The position numbers and the translations under genes were made by a program. The notes under the pieces are model-generated. The model was not told where the DNA came from and did not search any database. It was given only the letters and a program-made list of their open reading frames with translations. This document shows, one piece after another, positions 1 through 12,409 of a stretch of 64,000 nucleotides of DNA. Where the stretch lies: contig JAHLWZ010000582.1 of the NCBI GenBank assembly GCA_020536535.1, positions 15,265-79,264 on the forward strand, written 5' to 3'. The DNA comes from Pelomyxa schiedti (lineage: Eukaryota > Protista > Evosea). The first letter of the stretch is position 1. Every line of letters begins with the position of its first letter.

Positions 1-3000
1 TGGCCGCCACTGGTGGGTCTGGCTTGGCAGCTGGTTGCTCAAACACTGTGTATTGCTTAATAAATATTCATGATGGCAGACGAACTTGCTGCTTTCGAAG
101 CTAGAGAACTCGGTTTCTTAGCGGGATCCATTTTGGAACTGGTAGTAGAGGTTGCTGGCGTTTCTGTCAGTGCCGCAGAGCTTGGTTTCTTCACAGTAGA
201 TGTTACAGGTTTGAGAGCCCCACTATCTTCTCTTCCTGGGGTAGGCGGAGGGTTGCTTGGGGGTGGGGGAAGTTCTAACACAAAATGAGGTTACTAGGAC
301 AAACCAAAAAAATTGTACCTTCTTCTTCTTCTTGTTGTTTCGCAACTAAGTCCTCTTCCACAGAGAAAAGGGAATTCATAATTTTTTCATAGACATAATC
401 TGTCGCAACTTCAACAGTGGAGATGAAGCATTCTGATGCCTTGTTCATGATTTCCGCTCCCGCGGCCTGTATTCTAATTCAGATTGCCACAAGTTGAAAT
501 GGAAGATGCAGGTTACATTGACAAGAATTTGATCTAGTGTAGAGTTATCGAATCCCTTAGAACCGTAGTCAATGGCAGTTTTCAAAGGCCGGAAGGTTTC
601 CCCATCAAAACTTTCAAAATTTTGTCCCAAAATCTTTACCGTCGTTAGTTGTTCTCTTGGCACTAACGAAATACCGAAAAAATTTCAGTCCTCATCTTCA
701 CTTTGGAGTCCATTACAAACTAAAGTAATGAGAAGAGATAATCACGAAAGTAGGTATGTTAACCTTAGCGGCCTGCTCTGCAAACCCTTGTAATGTCTTA
801 CGCAATTCTACTTCCATAGAAGCTTGCATTGACTCTCTGAGTAAATGGAAAGAGGTGGTAACCTTGAAGTAATGTTATCAACAATCATAGTCTTGTCGCC
901 ATACTTTTTCTGCTTTGGCAGCATCCTCTAGAACAGGTCGGAATTGCTCTGTTTCACACAGCCTGTTTGGGTCCATTCTCTTAATTTTCAGCAGTTCAGC
1001 TTCTACATAGGCTTGCTGTCCAGATGTCTAGATGAAGTTACCGAGCTAGAGAGATGAAACGTTTATACCAGCAATAGAGAGCTCATTTGATAGCCTTTGG
1101 TACCTTCAAACCTTGAAGAAGGGTTTTGATTTCTGTAAATACAACTCTCCATTTCGATTACAAGTTTGTGAAGCTTTGTGAGAACTGGACCTTGTGCTTC
1201 TCTCATACACTAAAAAGAAATTAGATAACCCCAGAGCAGTCAGTCCATACAGCCGCAATATCAAGAATCGGCATGGGCATAGTTTTTAGAGAGCGATTTC
1301 TCTCAAGGCCTACTTTAAAACCAATAAATCCTGGATATGTTACACCATTATCATCCCAGGACAGCATGCGAAGTGTCTTATTTGTTTGTAGAGCTTTTCC
1401 TAAGGCAATTGCTCCCTAAATGAAAATCAGGATTAGAAGGTAAAAAGGGGTTCTAAACCTTATTGCCCATGCCATTTCCAGATACATTCAACTCCAACAA
1501 TGATTCATTGACACCCACGGCATAGATAAAGGAAAGTAGGTCATCTGTCTTTGGTTGCATGGTCTTGGATCCACACAATGAAAGAACCTCTAAGAAAATT
1601 ATTTAAATAAAGCGACTTGTCGGCATGCCAAGGGGGCACTCAGACTCCACTAATTCTATCAAAGCATCAAATGCTAAGGTATTGCCCCTTTTGGATCTCG
1701 CTGATAAGTTCGCATCAAGATTTAGACACTGAACAAGGTTGGAAAAAAGGAGGTGGAGGGGTGGATACCCCAAGAGCTTCACTTTCACAAAATGCGTGTG
1801 CAATGGCAATTACCCCGTCGTCTTGAAAGTCATTATCTGCCTGAGCGAAATTACAATGTGGGAGAGGAAAAGGGGACAAACCAGATCCAGTGCATGTATG
1901 TTTTTTAAACTTGATGCAACACTAGCAATTGCAGTGGCGCCAGGAATACCCAAGGCATTACTCTGTAGTGTTAAAATTAGCCATTGTAAATTAATAGCTT
2001 GTGTACCTTTGCTTTAACAGTAACAGCTTTTAGGTAAACATTTTGTGCTATAGAAGAAAGGATTTCTTTTATTCCATCAGGCTGTATGCTTGTTCCAGAC
2101 AGGTTAAGCACCTAATCCAGTTAAAAAAATATGGCAGTGGGACCTAGGAACCTCCAAATTGGATGAACTTCCAATCCATTTAACAAGAGAAGGAACTGTC
2201 CTTGGGGTTATCCTATTTCCAGAGAGGTCCAACATCCTGAGCTCTGGGCATCCCCTCACAACAGCCCCTGAAATAGTCTCCAAATTGGAAATTGTTTCCC
2301 TGAAAAAAATTAAGTGTGGCCTTTCTCATCACTCTTGAATACTTGATTTGAAGAGTCCGAATGGTATTTGGGGAAGCTATGAATGAACAAATTCCAACAG
2401 AGCCCTCTGGTTCAATTTTATTGTGGCTCAAATTTAGATATGTGAGAGAAGAAGCCATCTTGGGGTTATTTCTCAAAGCAGCACCAAGCAGCTGGAACCC
2501 TTTGGCATCTATTTTACACCCGTCCAAATTGAGAGTTACAATTCCATGTGGAGCAGCTTCGAGATACTTGCAGAGTGCTGCCACTCCTAATGTACAGTTA
2601 TTTGAATTACCTTTCGGTTAACTGGAAACCAGAAGCTTCTATAGGATTTCCTGACAAATTCAACTCTGTGAGAGACATTGCCTTGTTGGCAAGAAGCACA
2701 GTAGACAGCGTGACAATGTGCTCTGGTCTTGCTCCAACATTGGAGAGGTCAAGACACTCTATTTTGGTGTTGACCTAAAATACCATTACAAAACGAATGT
2801 AAAACGAGATGCAACTTTTAGACATTCAAAAACGGCGTCAATCTGGGATTTGTCTTTGCCCAGAGGAAAGTCGGGTGCTTCCAGACCCTTGAAATAATTG
2901 TTGTACCTAACATAACAGTCACTCTTGAGTACTACTGTTTTAAAAACGGACTTTAGGGTGTGCATCATAGCTCTAATATCATTTGGTGTTGGAGTCTCGA

Positions 3001-3879
3001 ATTCGTTGACATTGAACCTATGCAACTCAGTGAACTCGAAACAAGCAGCAGAAGAAAAACTTCTCCAATTTCTGTCGGGTGACAAGATGTTCCATATCCC
3101 AGCAGATATCAGCACGAAACGGAACATCAAGATGCTTGCAAATAGATTCATACGTGGGTATAAATCCCCCACAAATTGTGTCTTATCAATGGTAAAAAAA
3201 TGTAAGAGGGTAAGTGCTACCTTTGTCAGGAACGCTTGGCATTCTTCAAAACCCATTAACTTAATCAAAGTGTATGTGGAGAGAACCTTGAATCGGGAAC
3301 TACGACAACAGAAAACAAGGGTTCAGATACTCCAGGAAAGCTATACTTGACTTGTGTGAGCAGTGTGTTGAGGCACTCATCAGCATCTTCCACTTCACCA
3401 GCAATGGCTGTAGCCGAATTCTTGAAGGTGAAACCAATCTGCATGTTTAACACTCAACATGTCACGTGTAACAAGTTCAATAAGTTTAAACCTCGGTGCG
3501 AGAGTTACTTCGCACTTCCTTAATGTCTAAAAAGTGGACCTGGTGAAGCACCTGAAGCAACGGTTACAAACTATCCTTAATCACTCCAAGTATAATAAAG
3601 AGGTTGAACAAAAAAAAAAAGTTACAAAACCTTGGACTTTGGTGTAAGTGGGGCGGGTCCAATCAGATACACGAAAAATTTACTCAAAGCAAGTTGTTTC
3701 TGTTCCACCCTCTTTGTGGTCCTCACATTTAACACTCCAGTGTACAAGCACTGCTCCGAATTTCCCATTATTTGCTCCACCATCGTCGTTTCTGGTTCGG
3801 CATAATGACGTTGTGTTGGTGCAAGAAATAATTAAGTGAAATAGTGTTGGTGGTGTCAAAACACACGAGGGTCTGCCAT
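1..3879 (-). CDS. CARMIL/LRRC16-like protein (N-terminal PH-like domain, RNI-type leucine-rich repeats, Pro-rich tail); multi-exon, runs off the window start
   Basis: Exon peptides LHQVHFLDIK, IGFTFKNS..LLTQVKYSFPG, RYNNYFKGL, LNLDGCKIDAKGFQLLGAALRNN, LTYLNLSHNKI, LNVSGNGMGN..ALGKALQTNKTLRMLSWDDN and ELPPPPSNPPPTP match the CARMIL architecture. Probable ATG at 3879. Confidence 0.75.
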
Positions 3880-4076
3880 GATCGATGTTTCTTTTTGCTT
3901 CGTTTGGTTTTGTTTCTCCGAAAGACGATGACCCTTGAGAAGCCAAATGATCAAAACATTTACTTTGGACCAAGAGCCTGGCTTTGGGCTCACTGAATGA
4001 AGGTGCAGATCAAACACCCTCCCCAGGGTATTACTCTCAGGAAAAAAAATCACTGGTGATTTTTTTTAAGTTATTG

Positions 4077-5133
4077 TTACAGTTGCTTGAATAAAAATTC
4101 GGCAGCCCTTTCTACGTGATTGCCCTGTGTGTGCATTAATAACATTGAAAAGGGGTAAGTGGCCAACATTCAAGGCAAGAGCATTCCGCGCCATCTCCGA
4201 TGAAAAGCCAAGCTCCATTAGCTGCGTAATATTTTCAGGGGTTGGCTCAGCAATACTAAGTTCAGGGGCGTCGTAAGGGGTGGGTGCAGAAGAGTCTTCT
4301 GAGGAATGGGATGATAGCCACTCCACCGCCTCCTCCACGTTGTCATCTGTTTCCTGGATGCCAATTACTACTCATGGAATTATGTGGTGGAAAGCGGGAG
4401 TACATTTAAAGCTCGGCAGCATATATCCCGAGAGAAACCAAGCTCCATAAGTGTCTGCAAATTTGCGGCACTAGACGAACCTAATTGGTCCAAGATCTTG
4501 TTTGCTGCAACGGGGTCCTTAACCGGATTAAGGGCCCAATTTCCGCTTCCTTGCACACCCTAGTTGTTTATTCTTGTAACAATCATTCACATGTGCACAT
4601 AATATAATATGTCATCTTTACCTGCCATTCGCCAAACAATCCCCCTAAATGAAGAGTAAGGGCGGGGATAAGAAAGTTATTTGAACCTTCAGATGCCTCT
4701 CGCCAACCAGTTAAGTTATGCGCATCAGGAGAATTTACATAGTTGATAACCAGGGCACAAGAATACGGAGAGGAAGCTTTCACTGTTCCTTCCACTTTGA
4801 ATTTCCCCAATATGGCATCCTGTTCCGAAAAAAAAAAAAAGAGAGAGAAGATTAATGAACACTGCATATAAGCAAAAAGAAGTGAAACACGAAAGTGGCA
4901 TGGCACCATTCCAGATCCCGTGACGCGGGGATCACCACCGTGTGACCAATTGAATTTCATTGTGAGTATGAGATCTCTTCTCTTTCCAGAGAAGCTGATG
5001 AACCCCTTCCATGGACCATCGCGATATTTTGTGGACGCTTTAAACAACCATAACAAAAAAGAGAAGGATAAAACAATGTCAGGGGACTCTGATGCTTCAT
5101 AATTAATTAGGGCGTTCGTGGCTACGCACCCAT
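4077..5133 (-). CDS. Protein with an N-terminal beta-rich domain and two C-terminal UBA domains
   Basis: LQTLMELGFSRDICCRALN..NVEEAVEWL and ITQLMELGFSSEMARNALALN..HVERAAEFL are typical UBA (M/L-G-F loop) motifs. Exons joined by short GT-AG introns; stop TAA at 4077-4079. Confidence 0.8.
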
Positions 5134-5310
5134 CTCACTGCGTTTAACTTTTTTTCCAGGTTTCTGATCAGGAATTTCTTTGGCTCTGGGCACACGGGTG
5201 GGCTTCAAGTAAAAATGACAAGCGGGGCACCAATTTGCGTTTGGGGTGTTTTCCCTTTATTTTTTTGTTGTAAATCAGAAACCGACACACGAGATCTGGG
5301 GTACACATAA

Positions 5311-6646
5311 ATGACGACCCAACCGCAACACCCTGTAATGATTGCTGAGAGCGCCGTGTTGATGTCCTTTTTGAGACGTATGGATGACGTTGGTGTGAAG
5401 ACTGCAGTGAAAGACGAACTGTCTCGAACTTCGGCACTTTCGCTTGTTGCTCTTTCGCGCATTATTTCCGACGGAAATCTTGGTTCGTTTTTTTGGCCAC
5501 TTCTTTCTTGTTTAGATCTTTGTTTAACGAACGTAGTGTATATCACAACCAAGGAGGCAGAACAGCTCTCAAAATGTGGTGTGAATAATGTCCATGAGCT
5601 AGCGTCTCTGTTGTGCCACGCGGACCGTCTTAAGACTATAGCTCGTGTGGTACCAACGATACGTCGTTTGTCGAAAGCAGCAGCACATGTCCTGGCCCAA
5701 GCTGATGTTTTGGACAGGCAAACAATGCCAGCAATGCCTATGCCAAGTTTGTGCACTGTCATTTTTACATCATTATCGACTTTTGAAAGGTGTGAGGGAG
5801 GAAGAAGTTTATACCCTGGACAACCTAGTTAAGAGATCCGTTCCGCGTTCATCTATCAGTCCTTCTGCCGCAGCTCTGATACTCGAAGGTATGGATGAGG
5901 AGACATTCAATTTCTTGAAGACCAAAGCAAATCCCCCTGTTGTAACAGTAGGTTCAATTCTCCAACACCAAGCATACCACATCTGCAACCCATTTCTTCC
6001 TTGACCTTATATCAGGTTAGCCAATTTGCCAAATTGGAAAGTCACCCTGTCTACAACTACATTATAACGTGCGCTGACATGGCACCTAACGTCAAGACAC
6101 TAATTTCACGTGCGAATCATCTTGTAACGTACGCACGTATAATAAAGAAGCAAAAGTTCTAATACAATTTCAAGCTTACTGGAGTCTTCCAAGGCTCCTG
6201 AGGCCCCAAGTGATATACCCGTATTACCTCTTCCAACACAACCAGGCCCATCACCTACAACGAATATCACACCAACTCCTACTACTCCCATGCCAACCAC
6301 ACCTACACCCACAACTACTAATGTAACACCCACTCCTACCCCGTCCACGCCTACACCTGCAACTCCCACACCAACCTCTACTCCCACAGTCACTCAACCT
6401 TTGCCGACACCAACAACCCCATTGTCTATTCATGTACCTTCTAAAGCACCCCTCAGCTCCCTCAGCATTCCTCCAAATATTCATTCTGCCCTGTGGGAAA
6501 GCTGTTACCTCTCCACAGTTGAGGACTTGGCCAATGTGGAAAAGCAGGCACCAGAAACCTGGGCACTTCTTTGCGAAAATCCCTACCACCACCTCCCCAT
6601 TTCCACTTTGCCCAACCTTGCCAAGAGCTGTATGGAACGAAGCTGA
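5311..6646 (+). CDS. Hypothetical protein with a Thr/Pro-rich linker and possible HhH/SAM-like helical motifs
   Basis: ORFs 5311-5832, 5645-6004 and 6290-6646 can be linked by short introns. (TP)n tract at 6260-6420. Motifs LSKCGVNNVHELASL and LSSLSIPPNIHSALWESCYLSTVEDL. Confidence 0.55.
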
Positions 6647-6767
6647 AAATCCAAAAAAAAAAAAACAAACTTCTCCAAACAAACTCTCTGTTAAGAAGAG
6701 TTTTTATTTTAAACAAATACAAGACAAAAAAACAAAATGGGTCACAGGATTTTCACAAGGATGGGCC

Positions 6768-7703
6768 TCAGTGGTCCTGGTGCTCCGGAGGACTCTCACC
6801 GACAGTGTCGTCGTCCCCAGGAGGAGGGGATGAGGAGGAGGACGACGAGGTGGACGAGGACTCCTCAGTGGAAGACGATGACAGGCAAGCAGCGGCCTGG
6901 GGATCGTCGGCACTGGCGTCCTGCTGGGGAGTGCCGAGGGGCTGGCGGTTGTGGCTGCGCCGTCGGCTGCGGCCGTGCCCGTGGCCGTGGCCGTGCCCGT
7001 GGTGGCGGTGGGAGTGGGGGTGGTCCGGGATGCTGGGGTACTCGGAGGCGGTGGCGGCGGCGGCCAGGACGTCCTCCTTGCGCAGGGCGGTGTAGCGGGC
7101 CACGATGTCGGCCAGTAAGGGGTACTGCTTGACCATGCTGGCCAGCAGCGGGTCCGGCCTCGTCTGCGTCGTGGACACGATCTTGAGCAGGGACAGCGTC
7201 ACCCGTATGTCCTCGATGCTGCTGCTGCTGGCGCTGCCACTGCCGCTACTGCACGTGTTGTTGTTGGAGAAAGATGACGAGCTGGTGTTGCAGCAAACGG
7301 TGATATCATTGACATTGTTGCTGCTGCTACTGTGGGAAGAGGAGGAGGAGGAGGTTGTTGTTGTTGTGGTGGTGGTGGTGGTGGTTGTGGTTGTGGTGCT
7401 TCTAATGCACGAGGAAACGTGATTACTGTTGTGTTTGTTGTTGCCGCCGCCGCCGCCGCCGCTCGTATCTCTACCGCAGTAGCACAGCCCCTCGAGCGCC
7501 GCCGTCACGATTGGAGCCGGGGGGTGTGCCAGCAGCTTCGACCTCTTGCCGTTCCGCGAAGACGACGGCGCCGCTGCTGGTCCCCTGTTCTGCCTGGCCG
7601 ACGACGCCATGGTGGCTCCCCTCGTCGCGGTCTCTGCTCTCTTGCCGCGTGGAATTGCGTTTGGCATAGAAGGCGACGAAGTCTGAAACGAGCTTGTCTG
7701 CAT
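6768..7703 (-). CDS. Low-complexity hypothetical protein (poly-T/S/G/H tracts), apparently intronless
   Basis: GC-rich 311-aa ORF starting at ATG, with a short globular patch IEDIRVTLSLLKIV..LLASMVKQYPLLADIVARY. Confidence 0.5.
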   Translation of the reverse strand: MQTSSFQTSSPSMPNAIPRGKRAETATRGATMASSARQNRGPAAAPSSSRNGKRSKLLAHPPAPIVTAALEGLCYCGRDTSGGGGGGNNKHNSNHVSSCIRSTTTTTTTTTTTTTTTSSSSSSHSSSSNNVNDITVCCNTSSSSFSNNNTCSSGSGSASSSSIEDIRVTLSLLKIVSTTQTRPDPLLASMVKQYPLLADIVARYTALRKEDVLAAAATASEYPSIPDHPHSHRHHGHGHGHGHGRSRRRSHNRQPLGTPQQDASADDPQAAACLSSSSTEESSSTSSSSSSSPPPGDDDTVGESPPEHQDH

Positions 7704-7865
7704 AGTGGTGGGTTTATTTGAGTGTGTGTGGAGTGGGCGCGACGTTTGTTGTTTAGTTTATTTCTTGTTGTTGTGGAAAAAAGCCCTTTTTTTTTTTCCA
7801 ACAGTTGCGCAAACTAGCCAGCCTTTTGTCGCTTTCTTGGTGGCACCCCGGTGAAATCTCGACGG

Positions 7866-9941
7866 CTAACCATCGACTTCAATACCAAAAAAGGCTATCT
7901 GGGATCGGCGAAAGATCGCTTTCTTTCCACTAATACAACTTTTTTTTGGCTCGAAATCACATCTTGGAACGCAACGGGGTGTGAACATCTCATCATTTTT
8001 GATGTTCAAGCAACTGGGCAGGCTCGCTGGATGACCTATGGAGGGTGTGTAGTTCACCAAGGGAGTTTTGGAAGACACACATGCCGTATCACATCCGATG
8101 TGCTGACTGTCTTGAAGTGCGATATGTTGTCGAATACCATAACTTCTACATCATAGCCTTGTTGTTGCCAGCTCTCACAGGCGTACTGTATTCCGATTCA
8201 TGAATGAGAATACGGGAGTATAAGTAGCAGCACACCCGCAGTGACTCGAGGTTCACTGTCCCATCACCCTCTCCATGGGCAACTGTGGGTTCTTCTTCAA
8301 AGGAGTCACTTCTGTAGACAAGAGCTTCAGCGGTATCCAGACCCCGGGAATAGCTAGAGTGGACTTCACAAGCGGATACATATTATGAAGGCATACATGC
8401 AAGATACAGGAACACCTGGAAATGTGAAACCCCTGGTGGAAAGGATTGTGAAAAACTCTTTAGCAATTCCGTCGAGAGGGGGAACGTGTTCGATCCCTGC
8501 ATTCATGAACAATTCCGGGTAGTCTAGAACCGGGTAATTCTTAGTTTTGGTCTGCACTAATACCTGCTCCATTAAATACAACGGATTTTGAGGGATGAAG
8601 AAGACTACCTGAGAGTGGTCCCACCCAAAACTGGGATTAGGGAGAAGGAAGTATAGCCCTGGAAATGTAATTGACATGTCTCTGGCCCATCTGCGATCTA
8701 CTGGAAGCCCAAGAGGATCACCACTTAGAATACCCAAAAGTGCTTGCACGGCTCCACTCCACGGGGGAGATATTGCCAACTATATACTATGAACCACTAC
8801 TTGACGAGAAATAGACATACAAATGTGTGAATGTACTTTGCTTTCCATGTGCTGTCTTGTTGTAATAAGAAATAGTACGTGTAAAGAGTTCCCATGCTAT
8901 GCGCAACCAAATCTATACTCCTTCCAGCATTTTTTTGTGAAGCTAAAGTGTTGGTAATGTCAACTTGAATGCTGGTAACGTAACACCAACCTGTCTCAAT
9001 GAGGACTTTCAAGTCTTGCATCCAGTTATCACTTTGACAGTATATTAAACAATACTCGATTAATAGAGTAATATCAACCTGGGCACTCTTCTCCAATCAA
9101 ACCCAGCACCAAACATATTTTCCATATCAGTGTATCCGTTGTTCTGCAGTTCTAACCAACATTTATTAATGAACACTGCGGGAAATGGTTTTTGCCTGCA
9201 ATCATATCGTGGTAGTATTTGGTGAAGGAACGCAGTGGAAACGACGGATCAAGGTAGTCCTTTTGAGTTATGTAACAAATAAAGTAGAACACAACTATCA
9301 AGGAAAAGATACCATTGCATAAACACTACCTATAAATAAGGTTAACTTTGAAACATAAAATGAAATGGGCCCACCAAACTTAGGAGATCGAACTTGAATA
9401 CCCTCACGATTGGCAAAGGAACTCGTTTGGTTGTCCCACTCCATGGAGAGGTAAAAAGAAACACAATCCCTAGCACCAATGCTAACATCCTGGGTCGTTA
9501 TCCATACTCTTGTCCATGTTTTACTAGGAAGTGAAACGATTGCCATGCATTAGTTATTACAGGAGAAAGGTGCCAACAACCTTTTTCTTTTGCAGTAAAA
9601 ATGTGGAAGCGTTGTGGAACTGTTGTTTGAAGACATAAGGCGAAAAAAGAACAAAGGTAATGAAGGACTATGACACACTCAGGTATGTCAAGAAGTACTT
9701 CTAGCTGCGAACCACCAACGCCAGGCACTAGCACAATAGGATGGCACGCAGGTGCCAAGTTGCTCTCAATTGGATCCCTTACATTCACCGCAGAGCCGAA
9801 ATCCGCAGTGGAACCAACGGCAATGGCACGCGCAGAAGAAACCACAGAAGACAATGCGAGTATAGCCAGAGCAAGCACGAAAAGCGACGAATACGACGGC
9901 AAGTGTACGCAGCACCCGGGGCACAAACAACAGCAGCACAT
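7866..9941 (-). CDS. Lecithin:cholesterol acyltransferase family / group XV phospholipase A2-like secreted lipase
   Basis: Signal-like N-terminus, PIVLVPGVGGSQLE, nucleophile motif LVAHSMG, PPWSGA, PGVPVSC, GEGDGTVNLESL. The 3' end is uncertain. Confidence 0.9.
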
Positions 9942-10215
9942 GCCCACAAACAGAGACAGCAGCCACGCTACCCGTGACGTACACACAACCACCAGCTCAC
10001 ACATCTAAAGATCTCCCCTTTTCGCCGCTTATTTGTAAGCACACAGTCAAAACAAAACAAAACAAAAAAAGGGGGGGTGACGCGCTTCCCCCGCGTCCAT
10101 CGCCGTGTTTTCCGTTTTCTTTTTTTTTTTCTTTAGAATAGAACGGTGGAAAGAAAAAAGACTGAATTCTGCAAAATTTCAAAAAGCCCAAAAACTCCAT
10201 GAACCTGAAGGACCC

Positions 10216-10410
10216 TCAGAACCCGGTGTTCTCTGTTGTGGGAGGGTCAATGGCAACCGACAACGGCGCACGTGTCTCCATGCAACGCACGACCTCGCTC
10301 TCCGACACACTGAACAGTGCACCCTCACACCCATGTGGTGGCTGTTGCACAGTCGTCGTCGTGGACCACCCCTGCTGGGAGCAATAGCAAGGGGTTGGAG
10401 GGAGCAGCTG

Positions 10411-10447
<37 letters not shown>

Positions 10448-12322
10448 AGGCCGGGGCAGCACGGGGAGGCGGCGGCGGCGGGGCTCAGGCACTCGGCGGG
10501 AGTCTGGGGGCACGAGTGGAGCGACGGCCAGGGCGAGAGCGAGAGCGAGGGCGGCGGCGGCGGCGGGGAGCGCGGCTGGGTGCCGGGCGACGACGACGCC
10601 GCCGGCTCCCAGTCCGACCATGCCGGCGAACGCGGGCTTGCTGCTGTGTTTGCTGCGGCAGTGAAGAAGCTGGGGGCCGTGGAAGGGGGAGCGGGAGGAG
10701 GGAGGCCGAAGTGGAAGATAGAGGGGGGTGCGGTGGTGGGTAGTACGGAACCGGGCAGGCAAGAGGTTGGTGATGCAGCAGCCGAGAGCGGCGGTGGAAA
10801 GATATTGGGTGTAGGAGGGCTGAAGGGGTAGCGCGGTGGAGGAGTGTTCGCCGGAGCGTCGGTGTTTTGGTGCAGGTCTTGGGGGTGGGGTACACAACAA
10901 CCACCGTGTGGAGAGGTGTAGTCATAGTCCTCGGCTGGGGGAGCTGGTGTGTTTGGCCTGTATTGCTGGCCCTTGGGGAGCACATTAGCTTGGCCACAGT
11001 AGGCTTTAAGAGCATCCAGCTGTTCCTGCAACTGGCATATCAGGGCCTTCACTTCTAATTGCTTAAGTTGAGTGGCTTGCGCCTCTACAGCTTTTTCTTT
11101 TTGGAGTTGCTGGTTCAACAGAAACGCATTACTAGAGGATAGAGACTGTGAGGATACTGGTTGTTGGTCTGGAGTTGCTGCTTTCAAACATAAAGTTGGT
11201 GGAACCTCCGCTCCTTCACTGTTTTCTCCTAGACTGACAAAGGGATTCCTGGATTCGGTATGTCCCAGCTGCCCACTCGATTTTTGCGGATTCCGTTCTA
11301 TCACCGGGTAATTAACTGGAATCCAGCCACCTCTGGGCCCTAGAAGGCCCCGGGGGAAATATGCAGCTCCAGTATATGCCTGAAGGAACTGGTAGTGTAT
11401 CCATCCAATTTGATGAGTGTATGCTTCAATATGGCCACTGGCGCATTCCAGTTGAGTGTAAGTTGTAACTACAACGGGGAATTGGTGATGAGGAGAAAGA
11501 CAGGCATGAAAATCGAGGAATTTGGTTTTGGGAAGACTAATGGTACTCAAATGTTGTTGAAGAGCACTCAATACGGCGAGAATATCCTGATGAGGTAACC
11601 CCACTTGGTATTCCAGTCTCACTGTAACTGCTCCCAAGGAATTTCTGATCTGAGAGCTATTCGTCTCTTTCTTTGCATGACCTCGGAGTGTGAAATGTGG
11701 TGAACAAACCCAGCCACTTCCAAAACTCAGCAACAGCCTAAGATCAGAATTTTCGAAATGCCTGTACAAATTGACTTGTTACATGGCAGAAACTCAAAGT
11801 CATTAAACATACTTGGAGGTTGTACACTGTGGTATGAAAGAAAATTTGCATTGTTCGCCAACTGAATCCTTACTCCAGTGAATTGGATCGCAAATTTTGA
11901 TTGTTTTCTTTGAACCAGATGATAGTGGAGGGCACTGTAAGCACAAAGAAGCATCTGGAAATTGAGAAACCGTAAAAAATGTATTATATACAGTAACAGA
12001 AAGTTATTACCAAGTTTATTCCGGTATTTCAGTTTGTGCCAATCAGAAGCAGGAATAGCCCTTACAACTCTACACTTTTGGATTGCTGATATGATTGTGT
12101 CATGAGTCACTTCACGATGTTTCTTCAGCCACACGTATGACAACTTCAGTACAGCCTGAGAACACAAAGTCAGAGACTGAGAAACAAATAGATTGTTGAG
12201 AAACAGACCTCGCAAGGAGTGCTTTTGCGGCAAACGGGGGTTTCGGGATCAAATTGAAGAGAAACATCCTCATTGGGGTGGAATTGTGTTTTGGGAACTG
12301 GTAACAGTGGCGGGAACAGCAT
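10216..12322 (-). CDS. Putative Zn-binding DNA-binding protein (CxxC...CTTSKH...S-x2-F-x-L-x3-KK) with a long Q/P-rich tail; paralogue of the gene at 46216-47751
   Basis: Spliced exon 11813-11954 reads DASLCLQC...FSFIPQCTTSK|HFENSDLRLLL..SPHFTLRGHAKK and continues into the 517-aa ORF with polyQ. The start is uncertain. Confidence 0.6.
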
Positions 12323-12409
12323 CTTTTCTTCGAACCCCTTTGTCCTCACTCCCCTGGCCCCTACGAGCGAACACCGGTGGTTGTTGTGATAAAAAAGAGA
12401 AGAAGAATA

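Noticed and set aside
6571-7721. Plus-strand ORFs (poly-V/E/G/R) opposite the low-complexity gene
   Set aside because: Antisense shadows of GC-rich trinucleotide repeats.
10105-11015. Several overlapping ORFs on both strands
   Set aside because: GC-rich low-complexity sequence lacking stops; only the 517-aa frame links to upstream exons.
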